DNA of 32,000 nt, taken from an uncultured archaeon. GTDB taxonomy: Archaea; Iainarchaeota; Iainarchaeia; Iainarchaeales; 0-14-0-20-30-16. Numbering within the stretch: position 1 is the stretch's first letter; each line of letters opens with the position of its first letter. A program made the position numbers and the translations under genes. Location: the NCBI GenBank assembly GCA_964480435.1, contig CAYZSS010000001.1, positions 4,047-36,046 of the forward strand, written 5' to 3'. Shown here in pieces: positions 26,020 to 32,000 of the stretch. A model generated the notes under the pieces. The model saw only the letters and a program-made list of their open reading frames with translations. It was not told the origin of the DNA and ran no database searches.

Positions 26020-26289
26020 ATGGACTTAGATTTTGGTAAGGTAGTTGGCGTTGAAAAAGTAAGTAGAGAAATAGTTGCCTATAACATTGTAAAATTATAT
26101 TTCGAGCAAATTGCTAGATTAGGGTACAAGAGAAAACTTGATTTAGATGCTATAATTACAGCATATTTCTACGTTCTAGGAAAACTTGAAGCCAAGCATA
26201 TAGAGACAGAAATAAATAAACAACCAGCTTTTGTAGAAGAAACTGCAAAAGAAATGGAAAAAGAGTATGAAAGAGAAAGAGTAAATTAA
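26020..26289 (+). CDS. Hypothetical small protein, 89 aa
   Basis: ORF with GGAGG SD 7 nt upstream. Helical, with a charged C-terminus. No recognisable motif. Confidence 0.5.
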   Translation: MDLDFGKVVGVEKVSREIVAYNIVKLYFEQIARLGYKRKLDLDAIITAYFYVLGKLEAKHIETEINKQPAFVEETAKEMEKEYERERVN

Positions 26290-26359
26290 ATGCCCAAAAA
26301 GCATCTTATTTTATTACAGAAGATTTAGGGGCATTTAAATCAAAAAAAGAGTGGTTTAG

Positions 26360-27682
26360 ATGTTCTTAGATAAGTATGAGCCAAATAGTTTTGATAATTT
26401 TGTAGGGAACAGAGGGGCTAAAGAAGAAATGGCTTCTTGGGCAAATAATTTTGACAATGAAAAAAAGCCCCTGCTAATTGTTGGTCCAACTGGAACAGGA
26501 AAGAGTACCGCAGCAAGAATATTAGCAAACGTAAATAATTGGCAAACCAATGAAATAAGTGCTGATGAACAAAGAGATAAAGAATCACTAGAAAGACGGA
26601 TGGAGCTTTTTGTTCAATCAATTTCTTTTTTTAATAAACGAAACTTATTCATATTTGAAGACCTTGATTTTTTATCTTCAAAAGACAAGGGAGCAATCAC
26701 AAAAATTTCAGAAATAGTAAAGATTGCAAAAAATCCGATAATATTTACTGCCACAGATATTTATTCAAATCAAAAAATTAAAGAAATATCTGCCCAATGC
26801 AGAGTAGTAAATTTTAAAAGATTAACCTATTTAGAGATATCAAAAAAATTGATGCAAATTGCCCAAGAAGAAGATATTTATTCAAATAAAGAAGCATTAG
26901 ATATAATTGCAAAAAATGCAAAGGGCGACCTAAGAGCAGCAATATTAGATTTAGAAGCATTGGCTGATATAGGAGTTACAGAAAAAACCTTGTCTACCCT
27001 TGGAGAAAGAGAGAGAGAGGACAGCATTTTTACAACGCTTATGAATATACAGATGTCAAAAAACCTTTCTGAAGCAAAGAAAATACAGGACTCCTGCAAT
27101 ATTGACTATGACATGCAATTTGCATGGGTGAATGAAAATGTTTCTGCAATTTATAATCAGCCTGAATTAACAAAAGCCTATGATTTAATCTCATATGCTG
27201 ATTTAATGAGAAACAACATTTACAAAAGACAAAACTGGGTTTTTTTAAAATATTACTTAATGACTGGAATTGTTCTTCCACTTATGCTTCCAAATAAAAA
27301 ATTTGTAAAATATTCTTTCCCAACTTTTATTTCAAAAATGTCAAAAGAGAAAAGTACTTTTGCCAAAAACAAGGTACTTGCTAAACTTGTTCAAAAAATT
27401 GTAAGAGGCGGATCAAAAAAGATTGTTTCTGAGATATATTTTTACAACAACTATTTTGAGACTGCGCCAGAAGGAGTAATAGAATCAAGCTATACTACAG
27501 CAGAAATAGAACAAATCGAAAAGCTTTTAAAAATAAAAATTAAAAGAATGAAAAAAGAAATACCTTTGGGCGATGAGAACAAGACAACAACAAAAAATAA
27601 ACCAGAACCCAAAGAAAAAGAATTAACCACTACAAAGATCAAAGAACCTAAAAACAAAATAAAACAAACCACTTTATTTTAA
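26360..27682 (+). CDS. rfcL: Replication factor C large subunit
   Basis: FLDKYEPNSFDNFVGN, Walker A VGPTGTGKST and an AAA+ clamp-loader layout. K/E-rich C-terminal linker ending in the PIP-like KQTTLF. Confidence 0.85.
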   Translation: MFLDKYEPNSFDNFVGNRGAKEEMASWANNFDNEKKPLLIVGPTGTGKSTAARILANVNNWQTNEISADEQRDKESLERRMELFVQSISFFNKRNLFIFEDLDFLSSKDKGAITKISEIVKIAKNPIIFTATDIYSNQKIKEISAQCRVVNFKRLTYLEISKKLMQIAQEEDIYSNKEALDIIAKNAKGDLRAAILDLEALADIGVTEKTLSTLGEREREDSIFTTLMNIQMSKNLSEAKKIQDSCNIDYDMQFAWVNENVSAIYNQPELTKAYDLISYADLMRNNIYKRQNWVFLKYYLMTGIVLPLMLPNKKFVKYSFPTFISKMSKEKSTFAKNKVLAKLVQKIVRGGSKKIVSEIYFYNNYFETAPEGVIESSYTTAEIEQIEKLLKIKIKRMKKEIPLGDENKTTTKNKPEPKEKELTTTKIKEPKNKIKQTTLF

Positions 27683-27697
27683 TAAAAAGTCTCTTTT

Positions 27698-28225
27698 TTA
27701 TTTTTGCCCTTCTTTTTCAGAAATTTGAGAGTCAACATCTGTTATAACATAATCACAAACATCTGTGCCGTCAGGTGGCGGAGAAGTAGCCAGATTTGAA
27801 TTAATTATTTTTTTAAAAGTAAACGCAGAATAATAGGAAAAATCAAGATCTCCTTTTTTGTAATTATTATTTATATCCAAAACAACACTTACTGTTTTCA
27901 CAGGGTCTATTGCTAATGTTATGTTGTTTATTTTTACATCACATAAAAAAGAAGAATCATTAAAGTCATCACAAAAACTACTTTGTTTTGATTCAAAATC
28001 TATTTTAAAAGCATTAAAATCAAAATCGCAGGATTCATAAGATTCAAAGGATTCCGCAATATACCTCGTAACAATATTATTCAAATACAAATATTGCATC
28101 TCATTTTTTGATATAAATTCAGGATAGTAATTAGGGGTTTGCGCGTTATGGGCCACATTAAATAAAAGAAGAGAAATTCCCACCAATACAATAATTACAC
28201 TAAAAAAACCACTTTTACTTTTCAT
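27698..28225 (-). CDS. Pilin-like protein (weak class-III-signal), 175 aa
   Basis: MKSKSG|FFSVIIVLVGISLLLF, with no acidic residue near +5. Four Cys. Last gene of a four-gene run that is overlapping or closely spaced. Track start 28234 is a GTG; ATG 28225 is preferred. Confidence 0.5.
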   Translation of the reverse strand: MKSKSGFFSVIIVLVGISLLLFNVAHNAQTPNYYPEFISKNEMQYLYLNNIVTRYIAESFESYESCDFDFNAFKIDFESKQSSFCDDFNDSSFLCDVKINNITLAIDPVKTVSVVLDINNNYKKGDLDFSYYSAFTFKKIINSNLATSPPPDGTDVCDYVITDVDSQISEKEGQK

Positions 28226-28481
28226 AATAACCACTATAACAAAATTCCTTAATTACTGCACCGGAATTTATTGTTTCTTTAATTGTATTATAACACAAAT
28301 AACTATTGGAGTCTACACCCTTACTAGGTTTATTTAAATAATATGACACAGTTTTATCAGATGAAAAATAAGATAAATCAAAATTTGGTTTTTTTAATTC
28401 ATTAACAGGTACAGAAAAAATTGTTATTAGCAGACCAGCAATAAAAATTAAATCAAATGTAAAAATAAAACCCTTATTCAT
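28215..28481 (-). CDS. Class-III-signal pilin-like protein, 88 aa
   Basis: MNKG|FIFTFDLIFIAGLLITIFSV. Two Cys. 4-nt overlap with the upstream gene. Confidence 0.6.
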   Translation of the reverse strand: MNKGFIFTFDLIFIAGLLITIFSVPVNELKKPNFDLSYFSSDKTVSYYLNKPSKGVDSNSYLCYNTIKETINSGAVIKEFCYSGYYEK

Positions 28482-28975
28482 TTGTATCCAGCCCCAATTA
28501 TTATTTCTTTTTCTTCTAAATCACAACTAGCTAAACCCATAACACAGTCATAGTAATTAGCTTTTTTTACTGGCCCTGAGTGAGCAATAATTTTTAATTT
28601 CTTTTCTGCCCCTTTTACGACTAAGTCAGATTCAAAGGTTATTCCTGAAATAGATACTGCTATATTTTCAGGCAGCCCTAGTTTTGATTTGTTAAATTTA
28701 GTCAAGTCAATACAGTAGGCAATATACTTAATAAAATTTCCATCTTCGTTTACAAGTTCGCAAGAGAAGTTTTCATTTAGTGCAATTTTATTTTCTATTA
28801 AATCAATATAACTTGTTAGTTCAATATTTGATTTATTTATATTATACTGATGTAAAGAATACGCAAAACCCTGATATAAAATCCCAAGAAGAAAGACAAA
28901 AAGAATTGTTGCAAAAACCAGATCAAGGGAGAATATTATCCCTTTTTGATTCTTCTTTCCGTTCTTAACCTGCAT
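28478..28975 (-). CDS. Class-III-signal pilin-like protein, 165 aa
   Basis: MQVKNGKKNQKG|IIFSLDLVFATILFVFLLGIL. Four Cys. ATG 28975 follows GTGAT plus 4 nt; the track start 28984 is a GTG inside that SD. Confidence 0.6.
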   Translation of the reverse strand: MQVKNGKKNQKGIIFSLDLVFATILFVFLLGILYQGFAYSLHQYNINKSNIELTSYIDLIENKIALNENFSCELVNEDGNFIKYIAYCIDLTKFNKSKLGLPENIAVSISGITFESDLVVKGAEKKLKIIAHSGPVKKANYYDCVMGLASCDLEEKEIIIGAGYK

Positions 28976-28980
28976 AAACA

Positions 28981-29325
28981 TCACTTGTTAAAATATACTG
29001 CTGCATTACAAAAATAATTGTCTAATTCACCCACTGCAACTAATTTACTTTGCTTATTTTCCAAGTCCGACACAAAATAATTTCCATCCTGATAGTAAAA
29101 ACTTTTCTCCTCGCACTCTAAATTATATTTTAAATCATAGCCTGCGGGAAGATCCAAAGCAGCAAACAGGGGGCGCATATTGCTGGCTGAACCTGACAAA
29201 TCCGAATCCAACCTTAAAATATCTGTTTTCTCAAGGATAGTATCTCCAAAAACAAAGAACACAGAGAAAAGGATGGCGAATATAATTATTGCCAATAAAA
29301 AATCCAGTGATATCTGCCCTTTCAT
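28981..29325 (-). CDS. Class-III-signal pilin-like protein, 114 aa
   Basis: MKG|QISLDFLLAIIIFAILFSVFFVF, with Q at +1 and D at +5. Two Cys. First gene of the block. Confidence 0.7.
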   Translation of the reverse strand: MKGQISLDFLLAIIIFAILFSVFFVFGDTILEKTDILRLDSDLSGSASNMRPLFAALDLPAGYDLKYNLECEEKSFYYQDGNYFVSDLENKQSKLVAVGELDNYFCNAAVYFNK

Positions 29326-29395
29326 ATTATCGCCTTAATTACATATAAATAACAGGGCTTTAATTAAAAAACTTTGTTATTTTCTTATTTATAAC
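29326..29395. promoter_or_regulatory. Divergent promoter region (pilin-like operon and archaeosortase-like gene)
   Basis: 70-bp AT-rich spacer with TATA-like ACATATAAATAA and TTTAATTAAAAAA. No SD precedes 29396, so that transcript may be leaderless. Confidence 0.3.
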
Positions 29396-29875
29396 ATGGA
29401 CAAAAGAATAATCCTATTTATTTTTATTGGTTTATTAGTAAACCTTACTTTCTTTTTTGTAATTGACTCGATTTATACCCCGTTCCCCCAATTAGTAGGA
29501 AAAAGCATATCTTTAATTACCAATTTTAATTTTGATTATAACCCAAACCCCGCTTATTACACCCCTGATTACGATTTAGAAATAAACAACCTTTGCACTG
29601 GTTTTGCAACTTTCTTCTTATTAGCAAGCATTATAATAATACAAAAATCATTAAGACTTACAAAAAATAGTTGGAAAAACATAGCCATTTTTTTGCCTTT
29701 GTCATTTATACTGCTTTATTTAATAAATATCCTGCGATTATTAGTAATTTTATATTTTGGAAATTCGCAAACCATCACAGAAACCTTGCATATTATTGGT
29801 TGGATGATGATGGGTGTAACAGTATTTTTGCTGTGGATGTTTTTTGAAAAAAAGAATAAAAATATCTCTTGTTAG
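29396..29875 (+). CDS. Miniature exosortase/archaeosortase-family protein (putative)
   Basis: 159 aa polytopic protein. Family-like order and spacing of candidate catalytic residues: NNLCTGFATFFLL (Cys), 47 aa later LINILRLLVILY (Arg), 18 aa later TLHIIGWMMMG (His). Confidence 0.6.
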   Translation: MDKRIILFIFIGLLVNLTFFFVIDSIYTPFPQLVGKSISLITNFNFDYNPNPAYYTPDYDLEINNLCTGFATFFLLASIIIIQKSLRLTKNSWKNIAIFLPLSFILLYLINILRLLVILYFGNSQTITETLHIIGWMMMGVTVFLLWMFFEKKNKNISC

Positions 29876-29925
29876 GGAGATATTATTTTATGACCCAACA
29901 ATAATCCCCGTTGCCAGGTGATTAT

Positions 29926-31527
29926 TTACTTGGCCATAATATATTTTGCTATTTCTGAATATGCCGGTCTTGTGACTATTATTCCAATTAGAACACCAGT
30001 AATAATAGTTAAAGCAAACCCTGTTAGTTTACCAAAACCAAAACCAAATATTAAGATTGGTATCATTGCTGCGATTGTTGTTGCCGCTGCCGCAAAAATC
30101 ATAAAGAATGCATTTTTAATTTTTGCAAGTAAACTATGTTCTTCTTTTTCTTCTTGGTTCTTTGACAGTTCATCTGTGATAATTACCACATCATCAACAC
30201 CAGTTCCAATTGCTGCAATTAATCCAACTAAAGCTGCTAAATCCAGTCTCCAACCTATTAAAGAAGCACAAACTATTATTAAAAATACTTCAGAAAGTGT
30301 AGAAAACATTATTGCTGCAATTAATGAAGGATGCTTATACCTTATGTAAACTGCAAGACCAACAATAAATACTGCTATCAGCCCAATAATAAGAATAGTG
30401 GTTAGGAAACCCTCCCCCAATAAAGGAGATATTGTTTCTTTTGAAATATTAGCTACTCCAACAGGCAAAGAACCTGAAGAAAGCAATATTTGAAGATTAT
30501 CTGATTTTGCTATTGCATCATCCTTTGTTTGTGCACTCCCTCTAATCAATAACTGATAATATACTTTAAAATTTGTAGAATCAATATTTGGTGCGCTTAA
30601 ATTAGTAATATCTTCATTTACCCAAATTATTGATTTTAATCCTGTTGCAGTCCATATCCATGGTTCTTTATTATTTTTTGCAACTTCTACTACAGGTAAA
30701 TTTGCATCTGTAAATTTAGACAGATCATAAACACTTTTTGGAACAATTATTTTTTCTATACCATTATTCACATCTAACTTAAGAGTTGCTAATAAATTTG
30801 CATCAATATCATCAACGAGCATATATTCTATTGAGGCATTTTCCATTATTTCAGAAAAATCAATCATTGATGCTTGAGTATTTGCAGGATCCACAGGAAC
30901 AATTTGTTCCTCATCGTATAATTCCTGAGTAATAATAAAAATTGCATTTAGTGGTCTATCAATAAAAAAGAATGTTTTTGGGCAATCATACCCTGAGCCT
31001 GTACCTGATGGAACACAAGTATGGAATACTTTTTCAGCAAAAATCTTAGCTGATTTTGTTTTTAAAGTAAAAGGCATTGTCCAACTATAGTATCCTTGGC
31101 CAGTATCTGCTATGCTGTAACCTTGTGATGGATTTTTATCCACGGATAAAATATCTTCACCAGTAAATAAAATTTGAGAATCCATTATATTTTCAAAACG
31201 GCCTTGTTTGTAAAGCACTGACTCAATAGCATCAATTTCCTTCTGGTCCGTTGTTCCAACTTGTGCAACAACATATTTATTGCCCCAAGCATTTACTGTT
31301 GTATCCTTAAGCCCTGACCAATCTAATCTTTGACTTATTGTGTTTGTAACAAGAGTCATTGTATTTGGGTCATTAACTGCTTTATCTAGCTCAATTGTAA
31401 ATTGTGTTCCCCCGCTAAAATCCAGTCCATATTTTAGCCCATTAAAAGCAAGGACAATTACACCCAAAATAAGTAAAGCTAACAATATTGCTACTCTTGG
31501 TTTTTTTAATAAATCACTAAACGCCAT
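29926..31527 (-). CDS. secD: Protein-export membrane protein SecD
   Basis: N-terminal TM, a large roughly 330-aa extracytoplasmic domain, then six C-terminal TMs with IGTGVDDVVIITDEL. ATG 31527 follows AAGGAGTGAT; the track GTG 31536 lies inside that SD. Confidence 0.85.
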   Translation of the reverse strand: MAFSDLLKKPRVAILLALLILGVIVLAFNGLKYGLDFSGGTQFTIELDKAVNDPNTMTLVTNTISQRLDWSGLKDTTVNAWGNKYVVAQVGTTDQKEIDAIESVLYKQGRFENIMDSQILFTGEDILSVDKNPSQGYSIADTGQGYYSWTMPFTLKTKSAKIFAEKVFHTCVPSGTGSGYDCPKTFFFIDRPLNAIFIITQELYDEEQIVPVDPANTQASMIDFSEIMENASIEYMLVDDIDANLLATLKLDVNNGIEKIIVPKSVYDLSKFTDANLPVVEVAKNNKEPWIWTATGLKSIIWVNEDITNLSAPNIDSTNFKVYYQLLIRGSAQTKDDAIAKSDNLQILLSSGSLPVGVANISKETISPLLGEGFLTTILIIGLIAVFIVGLAVYIRYKHPSLIAAIMFSTLSEVFLIIVCASLIGWRLDLAALVGLIAAIGTGVDDVVIITDELSKNQEEKEEHSLLAKIKNAFFMIFAAAATTIAAMIPILIFGFGFGKLTGFALTIITGVLIGIIVTRPAYSEIAKYIMAK

Positions 31528-31604
31528 AAATATCACTCCTTATATTTGGGGCCTGTTGCAATTTTGATTTTTATCATAAATTGGCAACTTGCCATAAATA
31601 TCCC

Positions 31605-32000
31605 TCATTTTTTATTAACATGCTCAACATACCAAACCAGTATTGGAGCATTCATAAGCCACGTTGAACTCACATCAACAATTAATCCTGATACTAACAC
31701 AACTGACATTTGGTATAGTACGGTTATATTAGTAAAATATGAAATAATTAACATTACAAGTAAGGCTGCAACTGTTGTTGCTGTCATTGTAATTCCTGTC
31801 TTTAATGCTGATCGTGTTTTTTCTTTTACACTACCGCCTTTTTGCTTCATTAGTTTTGCAGTAAGCATAACATCTGTGTCAATAGAATATCCAACTAACA
31901 TTAACAAAGCTGGAATTGTTACTAAAGACAAAGGTATACCAAAAATTGCCATACCCAGCAATCCACCAAAAACATCAAATATTCCTGATGCAATTATTGC
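31605..32000 (-). CDS. secF: Protein-export membrane protein SecF (N-terminus outside window)
   Basis: The frame stays open to the window edge (AIIASGIFDVFGGLLGMAIFGIPLSLVTIPALLMLVGYSIDTDVMLTAKL...). It shows the SecDF C-terminal TM bundle pattern and lies directly upstream of secD. Confidence 0.8.
   Translation of the reverse strand, partial: AIIASGIFDVFGGLLGMAIFGIPLSLVTIPALLMLVGYSIDTDVMLTAKLMKQKGGSVKEKTRSALKTGITMTATTVAALLVMLIISYFTNITVLYQMSVVLVSGLIVDVSSTWLMNAPILVWYVEHVNKK

Noticed and set aside
29918-30349. 143-aa plus-strand ORF overlapping the 3' part of secD
   Set aside because: It lies antisense to the conserved SecD TM bundle, has a low-complexity hydrophobic translation, and has no SD.
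31582-31594. Palindrome TGGCAA-C-TTGCCA in the secF-secD spacer
   Set aside because: The loop is too short for an RNA hairpin. It is a single short palindrome with no second copy, so it is not distinguishable from chance.
1-32000. Search for tRNA, rRNA, CRISPR repeats, transposases or integrases
   Set aside because: No GC-rich cloverleaf-sized islands occur in the intergenic regions. There are no regularly spaced direct repeats, and no ORF has recombinase or transposase motifs. None is reported.

Overview
Visibly AT-rich, tightly packed archaeal sequence. Gene content is archaeal: aCPSF1, proteasome beta, RFC small and large subunits, ATP-dependent DNA ligase, CDC48, SecDF. Small genes and a reduced housekeeping set suggest a DPANN-like lineage, but that is inference. 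All homology calls were made by eye from motifs; no searches were run. Shine-Dalgarno-like GGAGGTGAT-derived motifs precede most genes and were used to refine several starts. Housekeeping genes: trx (partial), trkH-trkA, aCPSF1, psmB, a divergent RtcA-fold protein, DNA ligase, an M50 protease, a three-module ThyA fusion, rfcS, cdc48, rfcL, secD and secF (partial). The main non-housekeeping content is a dispersed Tad/Epd-like type IV filament system in three minus-strand blocks. Block 1 (13762-17476) has a secretion ATPase and two half-size T2SSF platform proteins. Block 2 (22289-25047) has four tiny class-III-signal pilins, an A24 prepilin peptidase and two larger pilin-like proteins. Block 3 (27698-29325) has four tightly packed (overlapping or 5-nt-spaced) pilin-like genes, and a miniature exosortase/archaeosortase-like gene (29396-29875) lies divergent from it. 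An ORF missing from the track (18004-18180, TTG start) encodes a 58-aa lysine-rich repeat protein. No rRNA, tRNA, CRISPR array or transposase was recognised.
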